Positions 45,889 to 56,541 of a DNA stretch of 64,000 bases are shown in pieces. Location of the stretch: positions 61,558-125,557 of IMG/VR virus record IMGVR_UViG_3300043470_000217; one strand, given 5' to 3'. Source of the stretch: a virus. Each line of letters starts with the position of its first letter. Position 1 is the stretch's first letter. The notes below the pieces were generated by a model. That model was not told where the DNA came from. It searched no databases and saw nothing but the letters and a program-made list of their open reading frames with translations. The position numbers were made by a program, and so were the translations under genes.

Positions 45889-46830
45889 ATGTCAAATTTT
45901 TCATTACAAATTGGTGATGGTAGTGTAAAGAATGGTGCTGCCAGAGGTGCTGACTCAATTGATTTACAATTAACCCGTACAACTCCTTATCAAGTTGCAT
46001 CTGGAAGAGGTTCTATGATTGTAGGTGGTGCTAATAACACTGCTAATGGATTATATGCTGCCGTAATGGGTGGTTATGGTAATACAAGTCTTGGTACTTA
46101 TGCTGTTACTGGTGGTGCCGGTAACATTGCTAGTGGTGAATCATCAATAGCTTTAGGTGCTGGTAACGAAGCAACTGCTCAAGGTTCTGCAGCAATTGGA
46201 TTAGAAAATAATGCAAATGCTCAAGCATCTATTGCAATTGGTAATGGTAATACAACTGCTGCTATCAGTAGTGCCATTATTAACTCTGTAGGTTCTGCAA
46301 CATTTAGCACAGCTCCTTATTCTACTATTATTGGTGGTGCAGGTGGATTATCATATTTGCCTGGTCAATTAATTACTAATCCCCGTTCTCAATACGGTGG
46401 TGGTGGTACTTTTCAAGTAAGTGAGTTATTAGTGTTTCGTGAAGTATCTCAATCAGCCGGTGCATTTAGTGCAATTCAATACACATTGGATGGTTTACCT
46501 CCAGCAGTAACTAATGAATTAATTATTAATTCAGCTAACAAAGTATGGCAAGTTGTATCTGAGTGGATGTTGATCAACCAAACTACTAGCCAAGTAGTTG
46601 TAGGTAAGGATTTAGTAGTTGTACATAAAGTAGGTGGTTTTGTAAGATTAGTTAATTCAACTAACATTAGTAAGACTGGAGATTTTTCTATGACTTCTGT
46701 TTGGAACGCAGCATACAATACAGCCAATGATATGTCTGTAACTTTAATACCTACAGGTGGTTCTTCATTTGGTACTACTATCTTCCGTGGATCTGCAAAA
46801 CTTACTATTACAGAATTAAAATCTAACTAA
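45889..46830 (+). CDS. fibre-like protein with short beta-roll repeats
   Basis: ARGADSIDL..VASG..GG..N.A.G repeats. Confidence 0.6.
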   Translation: MSNFSLQIGDGSVKNGAARGADSIDLQLTRTTPYQVASGRGSMIVGGANNTANGLYAAVMGGYGNTSLGTYAVTGGAGNIASGESSIALGAGNEATAQGSAAIGLENNANAQASIAIGNGNTTAAISSAIINSVGSATFSTAPYSTIIGGAGGLSYLPGQLITNPRSQYGGGGTFQVSELLVFREVSQSAGAFSAIQYTLDGLPPAVTNELIINSANKVWQVVSEWMLINQTTSQVVVGKDLVVVHKVGGFVRLVNSTNISKTGDFSMTSVWNAAYNTANDMSVTLIPTGGSSFGTTIFRGSAKLTITELKSN

Positions 46831-46831
46831 T

Positions 46832-47833
46832 ATGGGAAATTATGTACTTACTCCTAATATAGGAAACGCTCGCGGTAATTATGCAGTAGACTTTAACTTT
46901 GTTAAAACAGCTGCAGATATGGTTGCTAGTGGTTATGCTTCTATCTTGATGGGTGGAGGTGATAATAAAGCAAGCGGTAGTTATGCCTCAGTAATGGGTG
47001 GATTTAACAATGTAGTTAATGGAGAAGCAAGTACATTAGTTGGAGCATATAATGAATGTGACGGTAATAACTCATTTGTATTTGGTTACTCAAATAAATC
47101 AAGTGCTTTTACATCATTTCTAGGTGGTAGTTATAATCAGTTAAAAGGTAGTTATCATTTTGCATTTGGTGAATATGGTACTATGCTTAATGATTTAAAT
47201 AGACACAGTACTATTCTTAACTGTCAAACATACTATATTGGTACAGATTCTAGTGACGGTGATGCTCAGGCTCCTACTACTGCAATCTTTTCTGGTGGAT
47301 TTGCTTGGCCGGTACATGAAGGTGAGCAAGTAAGAAACTCACGTTTTTATGAAGCAATTGGATTATTAAAAGCTGTTCAACACTCTGTTATCACTATGTT
47401 CTATCAAGGTATTGCAACAAACACTGTACCTTGTACATTACAGACAAATGGTGACATGGCTAATATTCCTGATTTAGGAAAAGATTTAACTATGTTACAT
47501 GATCGTAATCCTGTTACTGGTGCACCTGTTCCTATGGCTTGGTCATTAAATGTAAACTGGGTTGCTATTGATTTAGTAAACAATAGAGTAATTACCGGTG
47601 AAGATACAGTAATGGTTAACCGTGTTAATAGTGCTGGTGGAGTTATCTTTAGTGTAGAAACAGATCCTATTGCAAAAGCTGGTGATTCTTCTTTAAACTC
47701 TTCAGTAGTATTGTATGCAACTTCAACATTGTATCCTAACTCAATTACTATTAGGTTCAGACCTAGTTATTCTTCTAATTTCCGTGTAGCAGCTAGAGTT
47801 CAGATGTTACAAGATATTTCTAATCCCGTATAA
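46832..47833 (+). CDS. fibre-like protein, paralog of 45889..46830
   Basis: ARGNYAVDF..VASG..GG..N..SG.YASVMGG. Confidence 0.6.
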   Translation: MGNYVLTPNIGNARGNYAVDFNFVKTAADMVASGYASILMGGGDNKASGSYASVMGGFNNVVNGEASTLVGAYNECDGNNSFVFGYSNKSSAFTSFLGGSYNQLKGSYHFAFGEYGTMLNDLNRHSTILNCQTYYIGTDSSDGDAQAPTTAIFSGGFAWPVHEGEQVRNSRFYEAIGLLKAVQHSVITMFYQGIATNTVPCTLQTNGDMANIPDLGKDLTMLHDRNPVTGAPVPMAWSLNVNWVAIDLVNNRVITGEDTVMVNRVNSAGGVIFSVETDPIAKAGDSSLNSSVVLYATSTLYPNSITIRFRPSYSSNFRVAARVQMLQDISNPV

Positions 47834-47844
47834 AAATAAATAAA

Positions 47845-48270
47845 ATGATTAATAAATTTACTCCGTTATCTCCTGATCCATTTTTGAATAATGATCCGGA
47901 TATGTCATTGGCCAAATTTGGTCACATTAATGCTATTGTTGATGAAGTTAATAAAGTAACCGGTAATACTGCAGTTGTAACACAAACTGTAGCAATTAGC
48001 AGTGCTGTAACTATTGATAGTTATGCAGGTGTTATTACTACTGTATCAGCAACTACTGCTGCTGGATCTAATGTAGCTTTCACTGTAAATAACAGTAAGG
48101 TTACTACAGCATCTAAAGTATTATTAACTCCAGTACACGTGGGAGCAGGTATTCCAGTATTTACATTAGATTCTATTAGTAATGGTAGCTTTGTAATCCG
48201 GATTTATAATGTTCACCCAAGTAATGCATTTAATAATATTTTTAAGATTAGCTTCTTAGTATTAGATTAA
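47845..48270 (+). CDS. structural protein with AKFGHIN N-terminal module
   Basis: PLSPDPF...AKFGHINAIVD. Confidence 0.65.
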   Translation: MINKFTPLSPDPFLNNDPDMSLAKFGHINAIVDEVNKVTGNTAVVTQTVAISSAVTIDSYAGVITTVSATTAAGSNVAFTVNNSKVTTASKVLLTPVHVGAGIPVFTLDSISNGSFVIRIYNVHPSNAFNNIFKISFLVLD

Positions 48271-48277
48271 TACGATC

Positions 48278-49702
48278 ATGCCACTAAATAAATTTGTACC
48301 CTTATCTCCGGATCCCTATATAACTAGTGATCCGGAAATGACCTTAGCTAAGTTTGGTCATTTAAATACTATTGTAGATTATTTAAATGCTTATGTAGCA
48401 GTAGATAGTTTACAATTAGCTGGTTCAGGACCAATTACATCAACTGCTAGATATATTAGTGATTCTACAGGTGTTAATAGTGCTATATCAATTAGCACTA
48501 TTGGGGTAGGTATTGGTACTAATACGCTTTTAGGTATTTTACACCTTAAAAGCACTGCTGCTACTACACGGATGGTAATGGATGGTGATGCAGGACAGAG
48601 TAAAATTATCACCTATCGTACAGCAGGTTTACAAAGATTTGGATTATACGTTAATAATACTGCTGAAAGTGGAGCAAATGCAGGTAGTGATTTTGCAGTT
48701 CGTGCTTATAGCGATGCAGGAACTTTGTTGAGTACAGCTTTATTTATTAAAAGAAGTACAGGAAACGTAGGTATAGGAACTGATGCTCCTACAAAAAAAT
48801 TGGAAGTATCTGGAACTGCAAGAATAAATGATGAATTTAGTATAACAAATTCTGGTTTAAATGCAAGATTTATTCAAGTAAGAAGGGCAAGCGGTTGGTT
48901 GTGTTTTGGTAACACAGCAGGCTCAGAATCTATTGCTATGAATGGTAGTAATTTGTTAATAGGAACTACTCCTGATACTCAAACTTCTACTAGGCTACAA
49001 ATTACAGGCAGCGGTTCAACCTCAGCTACTACCTCTCTTCTAGTACAGAATAGTAATGGAACGGAATCATTTAAAGTCACTGATGATAGAAGCGTAACTA
49101 TAAGTGGGGGTACTACGACTATATCATCATCAAAAACTTTCATTAATGGAATTTCAACTACGACTTCAGGTTTTGGTGATACGGGTTATGGGATGGCAAT
49201 AGATGGAGGCATTAGGTTTGGCGTTGAAGCACTTCAAGGGTATAAATTTGGGTATTGGTATGGGCTTTCAGTAGCAAGTAATTGGAATAATGGTTCTACA
49301 AGTACAATAATAGTTGGACAAGGTGCGGTAACTCCAAACATTAATAATATAACTTTTACTTCGGTAGATATTATACCCACATTTAACGTTAATTTTATTG
49401 GTCGTGTTGGAAATATAATAAGAGGAATTTACTACAACCCAACTATTACTGCCTTTATCAATGGCGTAAGAAACCAATTAAGAGCATTTGAAAGTTCTGT
49501 TGGTGGTGTATTTATAAATACTACAAACGTTGAAGGTAGTGCTATTCTACAAGCCGACAGCACAACGCAAGGCTTCCTACCACCACGAATGACAACTGCT
49601 CAAAAGAATTTAATTGCAACCCCAGCAACTGGTCTTCAAGTACATGACACAGATTTAAACCGTCCATGTTTCTACAATGGTACATCTTGGGTAACTTTAT
49701 AA
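48278..49702 (+). CDS. fibre protein: AKFGHLN module + GNVGIGT repeats + QGFLPPRMT C-terminal domain
   Basis: Motifs read directly in the translation. Confidence 0.7.
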   Translation: MPLNKFVPLSPDPYITSDPEMTLAKFGHLNTIVDYLNAYVAVDSLQLAGSGPITSTARYISDSTGVNSAISISTIGVGIGTNTLLGILHLKSTAATTRMVMDGDAGQSKIITYRTAGLQRFGLYVNNTAESGANAGSDFAVRAYSDAGTLLSTALFIKRSTGNVGIGTDAPTKKLEVSGTARINDEFSITNSGLNARFIQVRRASGWLCFGNTAGSESIAMNGSNLLIGTTPDTQTSTRLQITGSGSTSATTSLLVQNSNGTESFKVTDDRSVTISGGTTTISSSKTFINGISTTTSGFGDTGYGMAIDGGIRFGVEALQGYKFGYWYGLSVASNWNNGSTSTIIVGQGAVTPNINNITFTSVDIIPTFNVNFIGRVGNIIRGIYYNPTITAFINGVRNQLRAFESSVGGVFINTTNVEGSAILQADSTTQGFLPPRMTTAQKNLIATPATGLQVHDTDLNRPCFYNGTSWVTL

Positions 49703-49736
49703 TTAATAACAAACAAAAAACAAATATATTTACAAC

Positions 49737-50111
49737 ATGAAAGCACTAAAAATTAATGCCCCAGTTAACTTAAACACTGGTGCCGTTTTGTCTTCTGGTT
49801 CTTTAGTAGTTATTACTGAAGGATTAGCTCAAGTATTCACTACCAAAGAAGGTAGCATGAATGCTCAAATTGTTAACGCTGTATACACTAGTGTAGAAGC
49901 ATTTGAATCTGGTAAAGCTGCTGTATCTGGTATTGCTGATTTTAATCCAGCAATGTATGGTCTTTCTTTATCAGTAGAAGACTACAGCACTAAAACTGCT
50001 GAAGCTCTTTTGATTGATACCGTAGAGGCTCAGTTGGAAGCAATTTACCCAGGTAATGTAGAAGAAGTGGATGTTACTCCTTATGTAGCTCCAGTAGAAT
50101 CTGCTGAATAA
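49737..50111 (+). CDS. small fibre-associated protein
   Basis: Follows a fibre gene; acidic. Confidence 0.55.
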   Translation: MKALKINAPVNLNTGAVLSSGSLVVITEGLAQVFTTKEGSMNAQIVNAVYTSVEAFESGKAAVSGIADFNPAMYGLSLSVEDYSTKTAEALLIDTVEAQLEAIYPGNVEEVDVTPYVAPVESAE

Positions 50112-50179
50112 TTTAACCAACCCGGTGGTACGCCTGCAAATAGAGCTCGTAACTCTTACCGGGTACAAATAACAAGATA

Positions 50180-52435
50180 ATGGCATTAGAAAGATTTATA
50201 CCAAAATCCCCTGATATTTTTATCAGGAATTCACAAGACTTTGAAGTAGCAAAGTTTGGTCATCTTAACACTATTGTAGAGTACATAAACAATAACTCAG
50301 CTAAACCTGCCGGGCTTAATGGCTATGTACAATTTAATGATAATAGTGCACTAGGAGGAGATGCTGGATTATTCTGGGATAATGTAAACAAGAGGTTAGG
50401 AATTGGTACAGTTACTCCTGTCAATTTACTATCTATTGATGCTACAAATTCAACATTACCTACTGAACACTCAGCGGCTGCTGCTACAATAAAAAGTGGT
50501 GTTCAAAGTCCTTTGAGAGTATTAAGAACAGGAGGTCAACCGAATGTATGGATAGGAACAAGTAGTACAACTCCAAACGTATCATCATTTTTATTTGGTA
50601 TTAGAACAGGTGCCTATTATAATACTGCAACTCCTACATATTCAGGTGATTACGCTCCTTGGATTGTGTCAAGAGGTAATGATTGGGGTACTGCTACTTC
50701 AGCAAGTGATTTAAGAATGTCTCAAATATTTACGTGTGATGGAAATACAGCTAGAGCAGCGTTAGCCATTTATCCTGCTCTTGTAGAAACGGCAACGAAT
50801 ACGGATATAGTAAATATGAACAATTTACTTATTGCAACGCGAAATTCATTTTCAACACAACCTTTAGCACGATTACAAATTATTGGTGATGGTCAAACTT
50901 CAGGTACTACTTCCTTGTTAGTTCAGAATAGTACGGGAACTACCTCTTTAAGAGTTTATGATGATAGGGTTGTAGAAGTACCTTATCGCATACACACTCC
51001 ATTTATTCGTAATGAATATGCAAATTTAGTATTATATTCAGGCTCTTATGAAGTTGAAATTCAATCAAGCAATCCAACAAATGGCAGTGGTTCTTTACGT
51101 ACTACAGGTGAAATAACTACAACTGATAGTCAAACTAAAAGTATTATCAATATTAACAACTTAGTACCATCAACATCTGCAAGTTTTAATACATTAAATG
51201 GATTTGCTTTTACTTCTACAATTACTCAAACTACAGGTACTATTAGAGGTTTATTTATTAATCCAACATTAAATGCAAGTACAGATTTTAGAGCAATTGA
51301 AACAGTAAGAGGTAATGTTCTTTTTGCTACAACAAGTGGTAACGTAGGTATTGGAACTAGTAGTCCTATTTATAAAGCAGATATTGCAGGAAGTTTGAGA
51401 GTTACAGATGGTTCTTTTTCTTTGACTTATACAGGAAACGTTTCAAATGGTAGTTTGATAAATGCAGGTACATATCCAAGTTTTAAATTAACAAATGCAG
51501 CAGGAGATGGAAGAGTAAGTTTAAATAATGAGGGTCCAAATGGTAGTTTATCATTGCAAGCAAACGGAACTACATATACTTATTTGACAGGAACAGCAAC
51601 AGGTAACGCAGGTTACTCTTATTTCTTGTCTCAATTGGGAGTTGGAACTGCAACTACTTTAGGTGCTAAACTTTCTATCAAAGGCTCAGGCTCAACATCC
51701 GCCACAACATCGCTTTTGGTGCAGAATAGTTTAGGAAGTACTGCTTTACAAATTCAAGACGATGGAAATGTTAATTTAGGAAATGCTACTGATTTTGGTG
51801 TTTTATCTGTACCTCGTTCTTCAACTTTTGGAGAAAGGGTATTTCTAAAAATGCAAAGTGGTGGTAATTTACTTGCAACATCATCAAACGATGGTCTTGT
51901 GGTAAAAAGTTATTTAGTTGTAAATGGTATATTGTATGTAGATAGTGGAACTATTTATGGTAAAACAACAGGAGGTGCTACAAATACAAACGCATATACT
52001 TTACCATCGCAATTAATCCCTACTTTTAGTGCTAATAGTTGTATAATTAATTTGAATGGTGGAGGACGTTTGCAAGGTAGTTCAGATGGGCAATACATAA
52101 GGATTGAAGGAAATATGACGTTAGACAGTTCCGGAAATGAGTTGAAGGGTTTCTATTTTAATCCTACATTGATTGGAGCATTTAGTCCTCAAAACGTACT
52201 TGCGATTCACTCAACTTACGGAGGTGCTTACTTGAATACTGCAACACCACAAGCAAGTGCTGTTCTCCAAGCCGACAGCACTACGCAAGGTTTCCTACCG
52301 CCCCGAATGACCACAGCACAGCGTGTTGCTATTGCATCACCTGCCAATGGTTTGATTGTATTTGACACTGATGTACAAAATCTTTGCTACCGTAGAGATG
52401 GTGTTTGGGTACAAGCAACATTTGCTGCAGTATAA
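50180..52435 (+). CDS. fibre protein: AKFGHLN module + VQFND/LGIGT segments + QGFLPPRMT C-terminal domain
   Basis: N-terminus nearly identical to 42193; C-terminus similar to 48278. Confidence 0.7.
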   Translation: MALERFIPKSPDIFIRNSQDFEVAKFGHLNTIVEYINNNSAKPAGLNGYVQFNDNSALGGDAGLFWDNVNKRLGIGTVTPVNLLSIDATNSTLPTEHSAAAATIKSGVQSPLRVLRTGGQPNVWIGTSSTTPNVSSFLFGIRTGAYYNTATPTYSGDYAPWIVSRGNDWGTATSASDLRMSQIFTCDGNTARAALAIYPALVETATNTDIVNMNNLLIATRNSFSTQPLARLQIIGDGQTSGTTSLLVQNSTGTTSLRVYDDRVVEVPYRIHTPFIRNEYANLVLYSGSYEVEIQSSNPTNGSGSLRTTGEITTTDSQTKSIININNLVPSTSASFNTLNGFAFTSTITQTTGTIRGLFINPTLNASTDFRAIETVRGNVLFATTSGNVGIGTSSPIYKADIAGSLRVTDGSFSLTYTGNVSNGSLINAGTYPSFKLTNAAGDGRVSLNNEGPNGSLSLQANGTTYTYLTGTATGNAGYSYFLSQLGVGTATTLGAKLSIKGSGSTSATTSLLVQNSLGSTALQIQDDGNVNLGNATDFGVLSVPRSSTFGERVFLKMQSGGNLLATSSNDGLVVKSYLVVNGILYVDSGTIYGKTTGGATNTNAYTLPSQLIPTFSANSCIINLNGGGRLQGSSDGQYIRIEGNMTLDSSGNELKGFYFNPTLIGAFSPQNVLAIHSTYGGAYLNTATPQASAVLQADSTTQGFLPPRMTTAQRVAIASPANGLIVFDTDVQNLCYRRDGVWVQATFAAV

Positions 52436-52483
52436 TAACTATATTTGAATAATAAAAAACCAACCAAATAACAAAATAAACCA

Positions 52484-53494
52484 ATGAGTGTAACAATTGT
52501 AGACAAGTATCCCCAAAACAAAAAGGGTACTTTGAGTATTAAATCTTACTTTGATGCCAATGTGAGTAACATGGGATTAGAGTCTTATGGTCTTTCTCTT
52601 TTTGATGGTGTATTCCATGAAGAGCAACTAGCATGTCTAGAGATTAACGGTATTAAGCGTTATCTTACCGGACTTAATGAGTTTGCCCCAGAGGTAAAGT
52701 TTTTACCAGATGTGGACAGAGAGGCTAAGATTAAAGAGATCCGGAAGGTTGTATCTCAATTAGAAAAAGAATTAGCAGCTAATGTTGTTAATCCTGATGA
52801 TCCAGAATTCTGGAATAAAATTAAATTGTTAAAGCCAGATAATGATGAGTTCTGGAGTAAGATTGTAATTAGGGTGGGTAATGATCCATTATACTTAGAT
52901 CCTGCTACAGATCCTTATGATCTCATTAAGCTTTATGCAATTGAAGCACATGGTTTTAGTATTGTAGCTAAGTCATATGATGAAGCTAGAAGAATGGCTA
53001 AACCACCTAAATTTTATTTAGATAAGCTTGAAGAAACTGTTACTATTAAAACAGAGACTAAGAAAACCCGGAACAAAGCTCTTGCAGAATTGCAGAAGAT
53101 GTTTGATAAGAATCAAACTAAGTTGTTCTATGTTGCTAAGATCATTGACATTGATAGTGCACAGTACAAGAGATCTACACCCAATGATATCATCTATGAT
53201 AACATGGATAAATATATCAACGGAGAAAGTGTAGATAGAGATAAGAAGAAGTGTGCAGAAAGATTCTTAGATGTATCTGAGAATGATTTGACCACTTTAA
53301 AATTGCGGGCTATTGTAAAAGATGCCGGTACTTATAAGTATATTGTTACTAAGGCAGATGGATTTATCTATCACTTAGCAACCAGCAATATGTTAGGTAA
53401 GACATCTAGTGACATTGTAGAGTTCTTAAAGAACCCTCTTAACCAAGATGTAGCTGACGCAATTATTAATAAAGTAGAACAACACTGGAAATAA
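52484..53494 (+). CDS. conserved crAss-like capsid-module protein
   Basis: RYLTGL, FW...LDP..PYDLIK...FLKNP; position after MCP and fibres; TATATTTG at 52440. Confidence 0.55.
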   Translation: MSVTIVDKYPQNKKGTLSIKSYFDANVSNMGLESYGLSLFDGVFHEEQLACLEINGIKRYLTGLNEFAPEVKFLPDVDREAKIKEIRKVVSQLEKELAANVVNPDDPEFWNKIKLLKPDNDEFWSKIVIRVGNDPLYLDPATDPYDLIKLYAIEAHGFSIVAKSYDEARRMAKPPKFYLDKLEETVTIKTETKKTRNKALAELQKMFDKNQTKLFYVAKIIDIDSAQYKRSTPNDIIYDNMDKYINGESVDRDKKKCAERFLDVSENDLTTLKLRAIVKDAGTYKYIVTKADGFIYHLATSNMLGKTSSDIVEFLKNPLNQDVADAIINKVEQHWK

Positions 53495-53505
53495 TATAAA
53501 TAATC

Positions 53506-53649
53506 ATGGCAACTAAGAAAGCAAGCAAACCTAATTTTTCTAAACCTGTACCTAAAGGTAACCCTGTTGGACGTGAATCATCTATGATGGGTGGTTACAT
53601 GAAGATGGGAGGAATGGTTAAGAAAACCGTTGTTAAGAAAAAGAAGTAA
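53506..53649 (+). CDS. small very basic peptide (47 aa, not in ORF track)
   Basis: MATKKASKPNFSKPVPKGNPVGRESSMMGGYMKMGGMVKKTVVKKKK, followed by a terminator hairpin. Confidence 0.6.
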   Translation: MATKKASKPNFSKPVPKGNPVGRESSMMGGYMKMGGMVKKTVVKKKK

Positions 53650-53687
53650 TTAAATAGGGGGACTAATAATCCCCCTACTAAACATTT

Positions 53688-54389
53688 ATGAATAACTCTA
53701 TACTACAACTAAAAGTTAAGCAAAGGCTTAATAAGCTAGACTCTAATGATTATGATAATCTAGAGATATGGCAAATTATTGAAGCTTTTAACAAAGCCCA
53801 AATTGAATGGGTTAGAAGACAATTGCATGGTGGTAATCAGTACAGAGAAGGAGATGAAGGTTCTAAAAGAAGGATAGATGATTTACAACTATTACTTACT
53901 CAGATACCTTTAGCCGGTACTCAGAATACTGTATACTATGAGACAACTGATCTTCCTGTTGATTATTTAGAGTATAAGCGTGTAAGCACTTATGCTAAAA
54001 CAGATTGTTGCAAAGCTGATAGTATGACAGTATACTTAGCTGAAGAAGCTAATGTAGATGAGTTATTGGATGATGACTTTAGAAAACCTAGTTATGAGTG
54101 GGGTGAAACCTTCTGTACTATTATGGGTAACAAGATCCGGATTTATACTGCCGGTGACTTTGATGTAGTTAATGCTACTCTTACCTATTACAGAAAGCCC
54201 AGATATATTCAGGTTGCTAATAGTGTTGATCCATACACCGGTCTTACATCTACTGTAGATGTTACCTGTGAATTCAAAGATGATATTACTGAATTACTTA
54301 TTGATGAAGCTGTAAGTATTCTTGCTGGTGACATTGAGTCTGTTAATCAGTTTGCCCGTGGTTCTCAAAACGCTGATAGAAATAATTAA
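53688..54389 (+). CDS. putative ring / head-tail adaptor protein
   Basis: NKLDS...FNKAQ...RRIDDL...YYRKP...CE...L.DEAV pattern and crAss-like synteny. Confidence 0.6.
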   Translation: MNNSILQLKVKQRLNKLDSNDYDNLEIWQIIEAFNKAQIEWVRRQLHGGNQYREGDEGSKRRIDDLQLLLTQIPLAGTQNTVYYETTDLPVDYLEYKRVSTYAKTDCCKADSMTVYLAEEANVDELLDDDFRKPSYEWGETFCTIMGNKIRIYTAGDFDVVNATLTYYRKPRYIQVANSVDPYTGLTSTVDVTCEFKDDITELLIDEAVSILAGDIESVNQFARGSQNADRNN

Positions 54390-54391
54390 TC

Positions 54392-54796
54392 ATGATACAA
54401 AAATTACAACGTCCTTCTACCGGTGCTCATAAAGCAATGGCAGAACTTATTTATGAGATGTTACATGCATCTACTAAAGTTCACATTGCTCACTTACTAA
54501 GCACTAGTTATTCTGCTCATGTAACAATGGGTGAGTTCTATGATAGTATTGTTGAAGTAGCTGATAGTTTAGCTGAGCAATATCAAGGTAAAGAAGAAAT
54601 GCTTTTACCATATCCTGATCAAATGTCTATCCCAGCTATTAAAACTACTGATGAAGCTATTAAGTATTTACGTGTATTATACAACAAAATTGGTGAAGTA
54701 CAGGGTATGATGACTTGCTCATCTATCATAAATACTATGGATGAAATCAAAGCTTTAATAAATTCTACAAAATATAAGTTGCTTTTCTTGAAATAA
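54392..54796 (+). CDS. ferritin/Dps-like four-helix protein (DUF5856-like)
   Basis: H..H...SYSAH..MGEFYD....DSLAEQYQG...N..DEI.....KYKL. Confidence 0.7.
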   Translation: MIQKLQRPSTGAHKAMAELIYEMLHASTKVHIAHLLSTSYSAHVTMGEFYDSIVEVADSLAEQYQGKEEMLLPYPDQMSIPAIKTTDEAIKYLRVLYNKIGEVQGMMTCSSIINTMDEIKALINSTKYKLLFLK

Positions 54797-54837
54797 TTCA
54801 CTATTATAATAGTGTATCTTTATAAAAATAAAAAATT

Positions 54838-56436
54838 ATGTATTTTAATCATTCGTTTCAAAAAGTGTTTGTTGCTACAGGCACTTTCCAAACCGGTTCT
54901 GCTAGTGGTAGCGGAGCTGTGTTTACTGCTACTCTTGGAGCAGGTGGGGCTGTAACTGGTCTTGTTCAGGTTGCCGGTGGAACTAACTATGTTAGTGGTC
55001 AAGTTAACGTAACCTTAGTTGGTGGTAATGGTGTTGGTGCAACTGCCGGTGCTATTACTGTAGCTCTTGGTGCTGTTAGTGCTATTGCTGTTGGTACTGG
55101 TGGATCTGGTTACTCAGTAGCTCCTACTGTAGTTATTACTCCTACTAACGCTGGTGGTGACACCTTTGCTCAATTAACCGGTGCTGGTACTTTGGGTAAC
55201 TATGGTTTGTATGATGCTAAAACTTTCAAGAACATTAGTTCTGCTAGTGGTATCATTCCTGCTGAAGCTGGTAAGCCTTTCATCTTTGCAAGTTCTAGTT
55301 TAACTCCTACTACTGATAAGGTTGGTCCTTTCCACGGTGGTTATGCTGAATCTAACAAGTCTAAGGTTATCAACCCTAAGTATATCAAAGATGCTTATGT
55401 AGTTGCTCCTAAAGCTGCTAGCCAAGCTGTTACTTATGTAGGTCAAACTGCTACTACTGCAGCTTCTCCTTATAACTGTGCTTGTCCTAACTTCTTGTGT
55501 GGTGAAACTTATTACTTGCGTATTGATATCAAAGGAAGCCCAGCTTTGCGTTTCTTGAATCACAATGCTTACCAAGTATTGTCTTACTACACTGGTTGCT
55601 GCTCTAGCACTACTCCTAATGAAGTAGATCCTTCTTTGGTAATGATTGGTTGGGCTAAGCAAATTGCTGGTACTCAAACCTCTCCTTATAATGATGCTAA
55701 CCCTATTCTTTCTCCTTTTGTATTACCTGTAGTACAAACTAAGAACCCATCTACTGGTGTTTGGACTTACTGGAGTAAAGATGGTGGTAACGTAACTATC
55801 AATGGTTCTGTTATTGCTACTTCTGATTGGGATACTTATGTAACTCCTGCTGGTGTTGCTGCTGCTGATGTATGTGCTGGTTTGATTTTGGCTGGTGCTT
55901 ATGTTGATACTCGTTTTGGAGATTGCTCATTCCAACCTACTGATTACTTTGAAAAAGAGCCTATTCAGGTTTATGCTTCTGAAGTAGATGAGACTGGTGA
56001 TCCTTGCATTTTCCAAGGTTTGTGTGTTAAGCGTGGTTCTGGTTCTGCTAATGATCCTGCAACTGCTGGTTTAGGTCCTGTATTGGGTATTCAAGGTGAA
56101 GGCTTTGGAGAAACTATTGTACGTGACTTGATCTTGTCTGAGCGCTACCGTCAAAATGATTGGAATGATGATCCACGTATCCGTGAGATCACTTTGGGTG
56201 ATGCTCCTTTAACTGCTATCAGCCGTACTGCTAGCTACTGGAGATATGTTATCCAACACAGTGTTCCACGTTTCAATAACCCAACTGGTACATTTGATAA
56301 CGATCAATACACTTTACACATTATCACTTCTGCTCGTCAGAATGCTGCTGGTGGATTTGAAGCTGACTTAGCTGATATTTTATCTGCTGGTGGCCGTGTT
56401 GATTTAGTAAACAACGGATTGCTTTACGTTAAGTAA
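54838..56436 (+). CDS. abundant structural protein (possible auxiliary capsid protein) with Gly-rich insert
   Basis: Strong T-ending codon bias like the MCP, own late-promoter motif and terminator. Confidence 0.55.
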   Translation: MYFNHSFQKVFVATGTFQTGSASGSGAVFTATLGAGGAVTGLVQVAGGTNYVSGQVNVTLVGGNGVGATAGAITVALGAVSAIAVGTGGSGYSVAPTVVITPTNAGGDTFAQLTGAGTLGNYGLYDAKTFKNISSASGIIPAEAGKPFIFASSSLTPTTDKVGPFHGGYAESNKSKVINPKYIKDAYVVAPKAASQAVTYVGQTATTAASPYNCACPNFLCGETYYLRIDIKGSPALRFLNHNAYQVLSYYTGCCSSTTPNEVDPSLVMIGWAKQIAGTQTSPYNDANPILSPFVLPVVQTKNPSTGVWTYWSKDGGNVTINGSVIATSDWDTYVTPAGVAAADVCAGLILAGAYVDTRFGDCSFQPTDYFEKEPIQVYASEVDETGDPCIFQGLCVKRGSGSANDPATAGLGPVLGIQGEGFGETIVRDLILSERYRQNDWNDDPRIREITLGDAPLTAISRTASYWRYVIQHSVPRFNNPTGTFDNDQYTLHIITSARQNAAGGFEADLADILSAGGRVDLVNNGLLYVK

Positions 56437-56454
56437 TAGCAAGCGTATCATAAA

Positions 56455-56487
56455 AAAGAAGGGGAGGAGAAATCTTCCCCTTTTTTT
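56455..56487 (+). terminator. intrinsic terminator
   Basis: AAGGGGAGGA-GAAA-TCTTCCCCTT followed by a T run. Confidence 0.75.
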
Positions 56488-56541
56488 ATTTGCAAATAAT
56501 GATTAAATTATATATGAGTAGTTAATGCTACTTTTACAATT

